Source: Paraspadella gotoi
Taxonomy: Eukaryota > Animalia > Chaetognatha
Length of the DNA stretch: 64,000 bases
Reading direction: 5' to 3'
Assembly: GCA_051294375.1 (NCBI GenBank)
Contig: CM119264.1
Span: forward strand, 12,650,263-12,714,262
Below are positions 1 to 12,444 of the stretch, one piece after another. Numbering within the stretch: position 1 is the stretch's first letter; every line of letters begins with the position of its first letter. Position numbers and translations under genes: made by a program. The notes beneath the pieces were generated by a model that saw only the letters and a list, made by a program, of their open reading frames with translations, searched no databases and was not told the origin of the DNA.

Positions 1-920
1 ATACTTTTATTACATGGTGTTTCATGTATTTTTCCTTCTTTCAAAATTCTCAGAATAATTTTTAAATCCGATTTCGTGAAAACTCTTAAAATTAATAAAG
101 GAGTAAAAATCACAAAAACGAACGAATATTTAACTGCATAAACGGCCATGAAGTAGATACAGAGAGAAACACCCACAGTCCCTTGAACAGTTCCACTGAT
201 TTGGTATAACATCGTCGAAATCGTCGATCGCTCGACGAAGTGATTGGTTTGCACTTCTGCGGCCGCCTTAGCAATGCTTACCATCGAGATGGCCGGCGAA
301 AAGAATCGCCAATAATTATCTATCATCCATTTGCAACTGAAAGATTTAAATTTGGATCCGTCGGCGTAGAAGAACCTCATGGAACAATCGCAAGTCAAGT
401 TGGAGATATAGATGGTCTTCTCTCTGATGACGAGAACTCTGCTCATGGGCGGATAGCAAAGCTCCCTCGAATTGACCGTCATAGACAATACGAAAACGGC
501 GGACTGCAGCAACATTTGCGGATAAGACTCGAAGAGCACCTGCAGCATATTCAGTCCGAGCAGTACGTTTTTCTTTTGGGGCAGAATCGGTGCGTCGGGG
601 TCAAGTCCATCGAGATAGAGATCCGCTGACAGCGGAACCGTAGCGCATCCGAGCCCGATCGCAACGACGGTGACGAACACCATGAAGGGCGAAGACCACA
701 ACCTGGGATAATCGCCGGGTCTTTGCCTGAAAATCGGGGCCAAGTATGTCGCCGAGACAAAGGAATGAAGAATGACCACGAACAACATCGCCCACCCAAA
801 GTAGGGCAGTCCGTACAGTGGCGAAGTCAGGTAATCGTGAACGGTTTTGAAATCCGTTCCCAGATCCAAGACAGAAAGAAAACATGCAAGAAAAAGCGGC
901 GCAAGTCGAAGTAGGGCCAT
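1..920 (-). CDS. XK-related (XKR) multi-pass membrane protein, intronless here, 3' end runs off the window
   Basis: Manual translation from ATG 920 is open to base 1, so it is absent from the ORF track: MALLRLAPLFLACFLSVLDLGTDFKTVHDY...NMLQVLFESYPQMLLQSAVF...SPAISMVSIAKA. DxxTD..Y and ESxPQxxLQ are XK-family motifs. Confidence 0.75.
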   Translation of the reverse strand, partial: MALLRLAPLFLACFLSVLDLGTDFKTVHDYLTSPLYGLPYFGWAMLFVVILHSFVSATYLAPIFRQRPGDYPRLWSSPFMVFVTVVAIGLGCATVPLSADLYLDGLDPDAPILPQKKNVLLGLNMLQVLFESYPQMLLQSAVFVLSMTVNSRELCYPPMSRVLVIREKTIYISNLTCDCSMRFFYADGSKFKSFSCKWMIDNYWRFFSPAISMVSIAKAAAEVQTNHFVERSTISTMLYQISGTVQGTVGVSLCIYFMAVYAVKYSFVFVIFTPLLILRVFTKSDLKIILRILKEGKIHETPCNKS

Positions 921-3023
921 CTTGCCGAGTGAAAAGTCGGCAAAGTTTCGGAATTACATTAAAATTTACATTCGCGAAAAGTTAATTGGAAAAGTGGAAG
1001 ATGCAGGTCGAGCAATCTACTAATAGCAAAAAAAAAAAAGTTACCGAAATATTTTCCAAAAAATCTATAAGTTAAATTATCTGATGAAATATCGAAATGA
1101 AAGAGTTTTTTATGATCGAAAGGAGTCACCCCCAGAACTGAGGGATTACTAGCCTTAACTTTGTTAAGCTCGAAAGATTAAACAACGTCAGATATGAATA
1201 ATTTGTCAGTTCCTATGTTCACACTACAAAGTTTTTAAGAGAAAAATATATAAATTAAAGATATCTAAAGTAAGTAAAAGTTTGACATTTTTTTTTGAAT
1301 TAATACTCAAGTTTCTTCAAGCATCAGCAAATGAGAATTATTTTAAGATGCGGAACGCCCTCAACCGAAGTCGCGTTCCATCGAATTTCTTCGAAATAAA
1401 AAATAATTTTCTAATTAGAAGGTTATTGAAAAAATTATAATGAATTTTAATATTTCGCATCGTGTTTGCTTTATCCGACAACCAATCAATCAATCCTTCT
1501 AAGAACGCTAAAAATTACGGACTAACTCAATATAAATAGATTTATTATAATCAGATTATTTTAAGCAATTAACTTGTTTCTCCTTCTTTCTCAATCTGGA
1601 TGATTATCGATTCCGATTGGACAACGAACCCAATTTTATTGGACGACCCAGGGTTCCCCGGCTGCGTGGCGGTATATGTTTCGTTATTAACTATTTCCGA
1701 AAGATCAAACCGATAAAAGAATAAACAAAATCAGTTTTACTTGGGCTTCGATTTTGGTCAATTTTGTTCAGTTTTAGACCGAAGCCAAAATAAGAAGAGC
1801 AAATGCAACGGATATGAAATCGGTTCAACAAATAAAAAAATTATCCATTCATTCAATAAATAAGCTATCTTGCCTAGAGTTTCCTTAACCGTTAATTTTT
1901 CAAAAACGTCAGTTCACCGTTAAAAATCGACTTTTTTAACCGTTAACGGTTAAAATCGGTTAATTTAGTGACTTAGCTTATTTGATAATATAAATGCAAA
2001 AAAAGAAGGAAAACAATTAAACTTAGTATTCGAATCTTATTTCAGGAAGACACTGAATTAATTATAATAAAAAAATTAATGATAGCAATTATGAGCTTCT
2101 ATCTTTTTTAAAATTTAATAGCTATCTTTAAAAAGAGACAACATTAAAGGTTTTGAGTTAAGAGATTGTTATGATTCTTTCTTTTCGTTGTGTTTAGAAT
2201 TAAGGAAAAAACAGTTTTTAATAGGCAACAACGATTTTTATTATTGTAGATCGGACAAGTTTCGACTCTGTATTAAGAAGAAGACTCTTAATACAGAGAC
2301 GAAACTTGTAAGTTCTACAATAATAAAAATCGTTGTTGCCTATTAAAAACTGAGGTAAAGTAAGTAGTGCAAAATATATTTTTTTCAAATGTGGTGCTTG
2401 TTCATCTGTTGCGTAAAAAAACCTCATTTTTTAAAAACTTTTATAGAGCTTTATGCTGATTTGTTTTTACTCATCTCAGCCGACAAATTTAAGGATACGG
2501 TCTGTTTTAAAGATATTATTTTCATTGAAAATCAGCGTGCAACCAGCAATCTTGACAGTTTCCAAAGTAAATTTTTAATAGTCATTCATGGCAGGCCAAT
2601 ACAAAGCGTTCCGGCGTCTTCTATCCCTTGGACATCTTAAGTACGGTCAAAGAATAAGAGGGAAAAAGACAGAAAATAACTGAGGCGAAACATAATATAA
2701 AATAAATAAATAATAAATATTTAAAAAAAACGTGAGTCTGATTTGAGCGCTTCACTTTGTTTTAAAAAAAACATTTTTACCAAAATATCTAAATTGGAAA
2801 AAATAAAATTTAACCGAATTTAACCATTAAAACAAAAAAATAAATGGTTTAGTTCAAAAAATTTTCGCCGTTATTAACTTTCGTGTTAATTGACGTCCAA
2901 TTAGCTTTTTTCTAAGATTCGACAGTTTTTCTTTATGTGAAAGCTGCGAATTGCTGCTCTGACTCTAAAATATAGTCTTAGAGACAAAATATTAGGCAAA
3001 AAAAAAACAAACAAACAAACAAA

Positions 3024-5416
3024 ATGGCGAATCAGATAGAAATGGAGCCGCAATCAATCGAAACTAAACCACAACAACAACAAACAAATAAAAGCGACCG
3101 TAGGCCTGACATCGACGTGATTCGAATTTCGCTCACCTGGGGAATTCTTTTATTTCACGTCACTCTGGTTTACACCCCGATTAGCGATTACATTCACGAT
3201 CCTTTCACCGACTACCCAGGAAGGCAGGCAAGCGACATATCCAATTATCCATGTCAAATGACGAAATGTTTATCTCTCCCGTATTTTATTTTCTCTCCCC
3301 CCCCCCTGCCACGAAGGCCGTCATGGTCTTCTTCCTTTACATGGACGACTGGACCATGCCGATGTTCTTTTTCATTTCCGGGATCAGCGTCTTCTTCGCC
3401 ATGAAGCGGCGTGACGAGCGACAATTTCGCTTGGAGCGCTTCCATCGTCTTCTGATTCCGGCGCTAGTCATCATGGCCGTCACGCAGTTTCCCGTGACTC
3501 TGATTTACTTCGCCAAGTTGTCTGACCCGTGCGCAGCTTATCAAGAGGGTCTCAATCCCAACAAAACCGACTGCTTGCAATGGCACGTTCCGGGGATCAA
3601 TCAGTCATTCGGAGACTACATGCGGCACTACTGGGGCGAGCCGCCCGTTGAGCCCAATCCGCATCAAGGGTGGTTTCTTGTTTACCTTTTCGTTTATTCT
3701 CAGGTGATCAATGATTTATCCTTATTTACGTTCATTGTTTCCGAATTTATATTCCACGCAACATTACGAACCCTATGTGCAAACACCGATTGTTTGTTTG
3801 TTTTTTTTTTTCTCCCCGATTTTTTTTAATTTTTTTTTTTTTGGGCCCAGATACTGGCTAGCCTTTTCTTCTTGTGGCATCCTTCATCAGCAAACGTTGA
3901 CCGCACCTGCGGCCTCTGCTGCAGCGGCTCTCACCGCCGCTTTCTCTGCTGCTTCGGGCGCTGCACACCAACGCCGGAAGCTTTCGCCGACGCCGTCTGG
4001 TGGTTCCTGGGCAGCGGAGCGAAACTAGCTTTTGTACCTGGAGCTGTTCTCTCCATTGTGGAGGTAAATGACCCGATAAAACTAATTTAGTTATAACATG
4101 TAGTCCGGCATTGAAATATGTTAACCCTGCCGTGTAACCTTCAGTGTGGCTCATTGAGTAATATCATCAGCTCATGACCACCGGAAGCGTGAGGACGCCT
4201 TGTGGGCCTGGAAAACCCTCAAACCTGGTTCCAAGCCCAGGACCCGTTCCATGGCAGCGAGAGGGTTAAAGAAGTTATATCCACAAACAGTGGATCTGTA
4301 TTTTCTGTATTTTCTGTATCTGTATTTTCGACTATAAGGATTTGGCTTTTTTATGATTATTAATACTTTTTATAGTGTTAGACAAAATTTTTTTAAACTC
4401 TTGTAATTAATCTTACTGTATATATATATGCGATTTTATTCAAATACAACGAGGTTGATTCAGTACAATCATCATCAACAATATAATATATATATATATA
4501 TACAGTATAATAAGTAAATGTATACAAAAAATATTGCCGATATCTCATTCAACGCGATGACGTCCTCAGATTTCACTCCGCAAGTTTTTTCCCACCGGAG
4601 GATTCACTTTCATCAAAGTTGCCTACGATGTCTGCAACGACTTGCACTTTGCCTTCGTCTATATGGTGGTTTCGCCATTGCCTGCGTCGACGATCGCCTC
4701 AGCCCAATTCTCAAAAGATTCTCTTGGCTTTATTTCGTTGCCGGAAACATTCTGTGTCTGACCAACGCCGGAGTCTCGACCTTTTTGATCCATGCGAAGA
4801 CGAGGGGATCGAAATAGGGTTGCCACCGATTTTATGGGAGACGCTCATCAAAGATTCTCAGAGGATTTGGGGAATGGCTTCTCATTTTAGGAATTGTGGG
4901 AGTTTGTCGAAGGTAATTGTTGTAGTATTTACGAGTATAAATCACGTACTACTTAGTATTTGTAAATTGTCATTATGATAAAACTGCCAAACATTTAAAA
5001 TATATAGCCTTCTGACCCGTACTTTAATATCGGTTTCCCTTTCCAGCACATCACGACCTACCGCAACATCTTGTCGACGCTCACTAAAGTGGCGATGCCT
5101 TTCTACGTCATACACCAGCAAATTGTCATCGCCATCGGCATCGGAATCCTCCGAAGTGCCAGTCCTCAAGGAATTCCTTTTCTGCTTCTCTTTTCCACCC
5201 TGGCATCTGGAGCCGTTCGCCTTCGCCATCACTAAATCCGGGGCGTTGGGCTACTTTTTCGGGCTCAAGCCACCGAAGGGGGCGTGGCTGCGGGGAAAAG
5301 TGGCACGGTCTCATTCCGGGAATCGTCTTGTCCGTTGTGTTGGTGGTGGAAGTGCACCGTCGCCTCGCTTTCTAAAAATAAATTTGCGTTCGATTTTACT
5401 GAAAAGGGCTTTTTAA
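3024..5416 (+). CDS. Acyltransferase-3 family (OpgC/MdoC-like) membrane protein, 5 exons; the last two exons carry 1-bp frameshifts
   Basis: Exons ~3024-3227, 3317-3703, 3851-4063, 4570-4912, 5047-~5416. Motifs RPDIDVIR..LLFH, WTMPMFFFISG, ERFHRLLIP, HQGWFLVYLFVYS, LRGFGEWLLILG, AMPFYVIHQ, YFFG. Confidence 0.8.
4121..4269 (+). mobile_element. SINE-like element family 1, deleted copy (A-box-like head plus partial twister), bounded by TTAACCCT...AGGGTTAA
   Basis: Shares AAGCGTGAGGAC...GGGCCTGGAAAACC..CAA.CCTGGTTCCAAGCCC...CCCGTTCCAT with 8276-8372. Lacks the UAA segment. The ends resemble piggyBac TTAA/CCCT termini. Confidence 0.6.
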
Positions 5417-6214
5417 CAACCACGCCGATTTGACGCCAAGTTTTGGTCAAGTGGTCAAGTTTAAGTTTTCCTTTTCAGATTGCAGAATTTCACGTGAAAC
5501 TTACAAAAGCAATTGAGCCTGAGCCGCACTAACGCACTGTTCATTTGTTTAAAATTTGCTCACAAGGTATTTTATCAACACGTTTCTCCATCTATTCGGT
5601 ACCTTGAGTAGACCGAAACATAGTGTGCTTCCGATTCGAGATTCTGATTATATTGCCAAGGCACCCAATATTTCAAAAATATCCATATGTTTTGACTATA
5701 ATCTTGTATAAACTTGTAGAAAACTTCCTGTTCTATCATTTGTAAATAGGAAGCACATTTCAGGCATTTCAGCGACGTCTTTCTAATCTTTATCTAGTCT
5801 GGCCTGATTTCCCCAAAGTTTGTTTGAACTTGCCATCGCCGATGAAATTAAATGCTAATGTATACAGCGTTAAAATAATCTATCATGACCATTGACCATA
5901 GATTATGGTATTCAAATATTTTTTGTCAAAAATGCTTTTTTTTCTGCCTAATTAAAAATATTGTATTACTATATAGAGCAAAACAATTTTTTGGGAAATC
6001 TTACAATTTTTCGATGGATTCTGATAAAGCATAAAAAGTTAAACAAGAAATATAATTACAGCTTTTAAAAATTCTAACGTTTTCTAAGTGAAAATATAAA
6101 AAAAACTGATAAAATTATCGAAAGATGATGGTGATGATCATTTTTTACGGTTTTTCTTAATTTTGACATACAAAAATTTGTGGCCTTTCCTATCTATGAA
6201 TAAATATTAAAAAA

Positions 6215-6350
6215 ATTAATTACTAGGGTATAGAGCCATATTAGAAATTTTTTGTCTGTTGAAAGTATTTTTAAAAATGTCTAAATATTCGTTTGAGCAT
6301 GTACTCGTTCTAAATATTTTACTCACCCCATTGAGTTGGGCTACCCCTAT
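6215..6350. repeat. Dispersed repeat, related copy at ~35865-35998
   Basis: Shared TAGG.TA.AGAGCCATA...TTTGAGC.TGTACTC..TCTAAAT...ACTCACCCCATTGAGT...TACCCCT. Confidence 0.6.
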
Positions 6351-6681
6351 TTGAACCAACTCTCTTTCTATCGGTTGACTTTTGTTTGCAATTGAAACCC
6401 TCGTTTTGGTTATTAATTTGCATCTTAGGGGTGTGTGTTTTAAAATACGCCTAATATACAGATTTAATAATATATAATCTGACTGTAGTATTTTAGTTTA
6501 CTCTTGTATTTATATATTTAGTTTTTATTAAAAAAAATAAATCTTTGTACCGCTGTATGGTGTAGAAAAAAATATGTTTGAAAAATAGGTCTTAAAATTC
6601 TTTCTCACAGTACAGTTCGGGCGATCCTTATTTCCTCAGGTTCGGAAGAAGTGTGAGGAAAAAATATTTTTGGCGTTCGGC

Positions 6682-6843
6682 ATACTTACCTGGCTCAGAG
6701 GATACCTTGATCAGCAAGGAGGTTCCTCCAGGGCGAGGCCCTTCCATTGCACTTCGGTTGGGCTGACCCTTGCGATTTCCCCAAATGTGGGAAACTCGGG
6801 AGCATAATTTGTGATAGTGGGGTCTGCGTACGCGCTAACCCCT
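6682..6843 (+). ncRNA. U1: U1 spliceosomal snRNA
   Basis: Starts ATACTTACCTGG. SL1 loop GATCAGCAAG, SL2 loop CATTGCAC, SL3 TTTCCCCAAATGTGGGAAA, Sm site AATTTGTG, terminal SL4. About 162 nt. Confidence 0.97.
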
Positions 6844-7343
6844 TATTATGTTCGGGCGTTTTACTATATTAATATTCGTAGGGAACTTTCTACAGATAAG
6901 ACAAAATAAGCAGATTCACGCGATTAATATGTGCTCCTTTCTCTTGAGTAAATCAATTTCCGGTGATCGATATTCTCGCCACGTCTCGACAAAACACTTA
7001 ATAACGTCCGTCTAAATCATCTTTCGGCATCGTGGCCGTTTTTGGATCAAAAGGTTTCTGGTTCGAGGCCAGTTCTAGAATTTACACAGTTTCTTGATAA
7101 AAAATTAGAAATAGCTTTAGGTTTAACTTAAAATTAATGAATGTGAGTTAGCTTAATGTTCAATCACCTTGCAATAATGATCATCAGCATTGCAAAAACA
7201 ACAACAATAAAGTCGCGAGCTTTTCTCTGACGCAAGCAAATACGTTTATCCTTGCCTATATAAGGAAATAACTTTGATACGAGAGGCGCGGTTAGTCTTT
7301 ATATACAAGCTTTACGTCTGTTGCGCTTTATGCTCCGTCGATA

Positions 7344-10300
7344 ATGCAGCTGAAGATGCGAACAAAAAACGAGGGTGATGCAAATCGCCACAAAAGTGAG
7401 GAAGATTCAGGGGCTGATCCCTCAATGGATTCCACTCTTAAGGAAAGAAGGACTTGGACTAATAAGGTGAACTTACCTTGGTGAAGCGGACTGATCTTTT
7501 ATTTTGCAGAAGACAAACAACTTATCCATTGTCAGGTAATTTACCTTTGTAACCCATAGGCAGAATTCGTCTTGGCTCTTGTCAGCATGGCGGTGGGACT
7601 CGGAAACGTCTGGCGATTTCCTTACCTTTGCTTGGAAAATGGCGGCGGCGCGTTCGTCGTGCCTTACCTCATTCTCAACGTGGTTGAGGGTTAGGGGTGG
7701 GGAAGAGAGTGGGCTAATAGTCGTGACAACGAGCGCCTAAATTTTTTCCCTTTAATTACCTTCGTACGTTTTGTAGGACTCCCTATTTTCTATCTTGAGC
7801 TCTGCGTGGGTCAAACTTTGCGCAAAGGAGCCATCGGCAGCTGGTCCTACTTTTCCAAATTTTTAGGTAACTGATCATCATTTGTTTATTTATTTTGGCG
7901 TTAGTCTAAAGCCGCGAGCCGCCCATATCTTATACGGTCTATAATTATAAACCAAGAGTAAAAGTGTATATTAAGCGGAGGCAATTGTGAATTGATTTAT
8001 TAATCTTTTTTCCCCACAGGGGGAGTGGGAGCCACATCTGCGACCATCTCCTTCATCGTGGCCTCCTACTATCAGGCGGTGATGGTGTGGTGCCTAAACT
8101 ATTTCGTTTCCTCCTTCCAAACTCCTCTTCCCTGGTCGGAATGCCCCGTGGATCAAATGGACAATGAAACTGTCAACGAATGCGGCGTGAGCTCGTATAA
8201 AAAAGTTTTAGTCGGGCATTGCATAAGTTCATACGGTCCACTAGGTACCGGGTTCAATCCCAACCCGATACTCCTGCGGTAAGCGTGAGGACGGCCGTTA
8301 AACCGCCTTGGGGGCCTGGAAAACCTTCAAGCCTGGTTCCAAGCCCTAGCCCGTTCCATTGCTGTTGAGGGGCACAGAAGATATGATAGTTTGTCTCAGC
8401 CCACTTCGCCCTTATCCACAAAGTCATGTAAAATTCCAGTGCACATACTGAGAATCTCAAATGTAGTGATATGTGTAATACACATGGTGCAATACAATTA
8501 ATGTATTGTAAAGTGACTTAATTACTACATGCTGATTTTAATTGCATACAGTTTAAATTTGTTTTAGCTTTTTTAGCTTATATTTAAGAGTTTAACCATT
8601 ACTCATTCCTCCATTATATCACCCCTTTCAGTTGACTTCCCCCTCTGCTATTTCTTCCACCGAACCACTTCATCGTCTTCCTCTATCTCCGACTTGGGCG
8701 CCGAATTTAACTTCCGGTCGTGGGCGTGGCTCGGCGTCGCCTGGATGTTCGTTTTTATCGTTTCGTCGCGGGGTGGGATCTACCGGGAAAAGGTTTGTTG
8801 TGTAGCTTGTTATAAGGCGAAAGGGATTCAACGATCGAGAAAGAGCAACCGTTCGTCCACACCGTAATATTTTATTTCTTTGATTTATTTCTAGCGGCTT
8901 ACGTGACGGGCATTTTTCCTTATGTGATTCTTTTCTGCTTCTTCGCTCGCGCGGTTTCGCTGCCCGGTGAGAAAGTGAATGAATGCTTGGTCGACTCTAA
9001 TGCTTGATTCTATTTCGAAAAATCTTGAACGCCATGTTTTTTTTTTCTCTCATTATTTTAGGTTTCTCTTACGGACTTCGAGCGATGCTGACGCCGAAAT
9101 GGAAAGAGTTGATGAATCAGGAGGAAAGTTTGATTTTATCCGTAGACCAAAAAAAATTATTTACGCTTCAGTACTTATAAAAAATCCGTGTTCGCGTCCT
9201 TCGTTCAGTCTGTCCGGAAACGTGTCCATCTGTCCACCTGCTCAAACGACGTCAATCCCTTCATCTAACTCTCATTCCATCCGTCCATCCTCTCCGCAGG
9301 TTTGGCTCGCGGCGGCGACGCAGATCTTCTTCTCTCTCGGCCTCGGATTCGGCGGGATCGTCGCTTACGCTTCTTATCTCCCGTCGACGAGCGACTGCGC
9401 GAGAGACGCCGTCGTCGTCGTCGCCATCAACGCCTTCACTTCCGTTTTCGCAGGTCCGAGAATTTATATAGTTTTCTTCTTTGTTGTATTCGAGATATTC
9501 ATATTCGGAATAAACTTTTTGTTTATAATTTGTAAATTTTTATAAAATTTTATTCGTATGCAACTGGGTTGATTCACTACGTTTTTAATTGTCTTTATTG
9601 AGCACGAGCGGCTTTATAAGTTGCATTGGCGCTTTAAGAGTTATTCTTACCCCTGATCTTTCGTCAAGTGTTATTTTTCTCCAATTTCCATCTTCCTCAC
9701 ATGAGTTTCCGATCTCATAATCTATAGTTCAACTTTTACTACTCCGCAGGCTTCGTGGTTTTTTCCGTTCTGGGCTTCAAAGGTTTCGAGTCTTTCAAAA
9801 AATGTCTGCTTCGTCAAATTCAAGACAACGATACGAGCGTGGCAACAACGACGACAATGACGACGACGACGAACGACGATTTTTTAATCGAAAATTTTTT
9901 GACGTCGGAATCGTCGTCGTCGTTGTCGGCGCTGATGGACGCCAACGTCACGCTATGCGATTTAGAGAAAGAGATCACGACGGTGAGAGCGAGAGTGATA
10001 AATTGAAAGAGTCGATTAGCAAAGAAAAAAAAAATGTGAAGGGAGGATGTACCAATAGTACCATTGTTTCTAACGATGTTACCGTCCTCCCAACAGTCAG
10101 CCTCCGGACCGGGCCTCGCCTTTGTCGCCTTCGCCGACGCCATTTCCGGCTTCGGCGACGTCGGCGGCGTCTTTTTCGCCGGCGCCTTCTTCCTCCTCCT
10201 CCTCCTCCTCGGCGTCGGATGCCTGATGGCGGGAGTGACCGGCGTCGTCGCCTCCTTGCAGGTTCTTTGCTCGTCTTGAAGATTTTGTGTCAATTAATTT

Positions 10301-11663
10301 ATTTTTATTTTGGTGAAATTATCGATGAAAATTGATTATTTGATTTATTTACTTATTTATTAAATATTTTTAAATTTATTTTTCTATTGGTAGTAAAGTA
10401 ATTAGCGCAAAACCAAATATGTATTCGTTATTTCTTACATCGTCGTTGTAATCTCCCTGCCCTCTTACTTCACCCCCCCCCCAGGACATCCCTTTCCCAA
10501 CTCAGCGGCCTCCTTCGTTTGAAATTCTATCCGCCATCGTCTGTATCTTGGGATTCGGCGTTGGGCATTGCTTCATCGGCGCCAACGGTTCTTACCTGCT
10601 GCAGCTCTTCGACAAATTGGTTGGTGAGTTGGTCTTCATCGATTCACAAAGTAGAAAGTTCACTTTGCGTATAACGGAACCTGTCCAGTGTTCACTGTTC
10701 AGTGTTCACGATTTTTCTAAAGATCGATAATTACTTTTCTGAACGATTCTAATAATGATTTTTGGTCTGTTGTGTGTTGCAGGACCGATTCCGCTGATGG
10801 TGGTGGTGTTGCTGGAACTGATCGTCGTCGCTCGAGTCTATGGATTCGAGAGATTTGCCGCAAAAGTCCATCGGGCCGCCAGGTTCGTTAACAATTTACT
10901 GTATGAGTGTATTAGTGTATGTGCTTGGTATCTTTTTTCTTATTCTATTTTTATTTCTGATTTAAACACAATTTTAATTGTTTTTGTTTTTTTCAGCGGA
11001 GTCCACGGTCCAGGACGCCTCTCGCGGTTTTGCTGGAAGTACGCATGTCCTTTTGTTATCGTTGTCATCCTTGCATCTTCGATCGTCAAAATATTTCAAG
11101 TATGAATTATGTGTTTATTAGACAATTAAACCTAATTCTTTCGAAATCAAGGGCAAAAAAAACGAAGGTTTAAACTTTAAAGCGTCTCGATATATAGTTA
11201 TATGTATAATATATAATATATATAAAGTTACTTAGTAGATTAAGTTACACAAATTTTTAACATTATTTGGCCAGGAACGACCAACTTATTCGGTTTGGAA
11301 CGTCACGACACAAAAGGCAAGAAAGCAATAGATCATAAGTCCTGTCAATCAATTATTACTTTTTTCATCGTTCCTTCTTAAAAAAATATGATTGTGTCGT
11401 CATAGGGAACGTAATACTACATATATAGGAGCATCGTTATTCGATTAAACCAGAAAGGCGCAATGTCAATCACGGAATAAGTCGATGTATTTCACAAACA
11501 GGCGTCTTCTGAGACGAAACGCCTTCCTCTGTGGGCGACCGTGTTGGCGGGATGCCTGGTTGGAGCCTCTCTGCTATGGATTCCATTTATTGCAGCAATT
11601 CATTTGCTGAAGAGAAAAACGACGACGACGACTAAGACGGAGATTACTGGGGACAAAAAATAG
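7344..11663 (+). CDS. SLC6 Na+/Cl--dependent amino-acid transporter (SLC6A15-20/B0AT-like), multi-exon
   Basis: ERRTWTNK|[32 protein letters not shown]; [19 protein letters not shown]; CDLEKEITT|[16 protein letters not shown]; stop TAG 11661-11663. TM1 has Gly rather than the Asp of monoamine carriers. Small indels around 8640-8790. Confidence 0.9.
8210..8372 (+). mobile_element. tRNA-derived SINE-like element family 1 in an SLC6 intron
   Basis: B-box GGTTCAATCCC (8251-8261) followed by a body shared with the 4121-4269 copy. Confidence 0.65.
8276..8354 (+). ncRNA. Twister ribozyme-like fold, type-P5 permutation (family 1)
   Basis: GCGGU-AAGCGU-GAGGA-CGGCCGU-UAA-ACC-GC-[P3 CUUGGGGG/CCUUCAAG]-CCUGG-UUCCAAGC-CCUAG-CCCGU. 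T1 GGA/UCC is complementary. P4 is mismatched in this copy. Confidence 0.6.
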
Positions 11664-12182
11664 AGCCGTTCAATATGCAAATCACGAATCCAACTACTTT
11701 TAAAAAAATTATTTATTGCTGTGGTATATTGCTTCCAAACCGTTTTTATTTACCAGTGATTTATTGTTGCAAGTAATACAAACTGTGTAGTAAAACAAAG
11801 TGTGCAGTGGCTTAAGTAATATAAGCTGTTTTTTTTCGGAAAAATACCTAGTAAAGCTTTCAAATTGCAGCATATCCATGAAAAGATATTCAATAGCTTT
11901 ATTGTTTTATAGTCTTCGTACAAAATTTTTGACAATGAACAAAATGGGAGGAGAGGTAAATCTAAATGGACCTTTCTCATTAATGGATCCAATCAACTTC
12001 GCGAAAAGGTTGGATGGAATTTCGTTCGATGATCAACGTCATCGAAGTCTGTGTCATCATAGTCGTCGTAGATGATTTTAAATTAAAATTTTAAATTAAA
12101 AAAGGAAATGAAAAAATATTCAAGTAAAATTAAATAAATAAATATACAAAAATAAATATATAAATATGAATAAATAAACATA

Positions 12183-12188
12183 GAAAAA

Positions 12189-12236
<48 letters not shown>

Positions 12237-12252
12237 AGGAAAGAAAGAAAAA

Positions 12253-12304
<52 letters not shown>

Positions 12305-12380
12305 ATGAAAAAAAGAAAGAAAGAAAGAAATAAATAAAAAGCGAATAAACTAGACTGATAAATACAATATCTTATGCTGA

Positions 12381-12444
<64 letters not shown>

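Noticed and set aside
240-914. Listed + and - strand ORFs at the window start
   Set aside because: They are shadows of the unlisted XK-related ORF on the minus strand.
1875-2885. Possible hAT-type MITE with AACCGTT subterminal motifs
   Set aside because: No clear paired TIRs or TSD could be established.
4140-4180. CTGATGA on the minus strand as a hammerhead core
   Set aside because: No properly placed stem II, GAAA or NUH. The segment is better explained as a SINE head.
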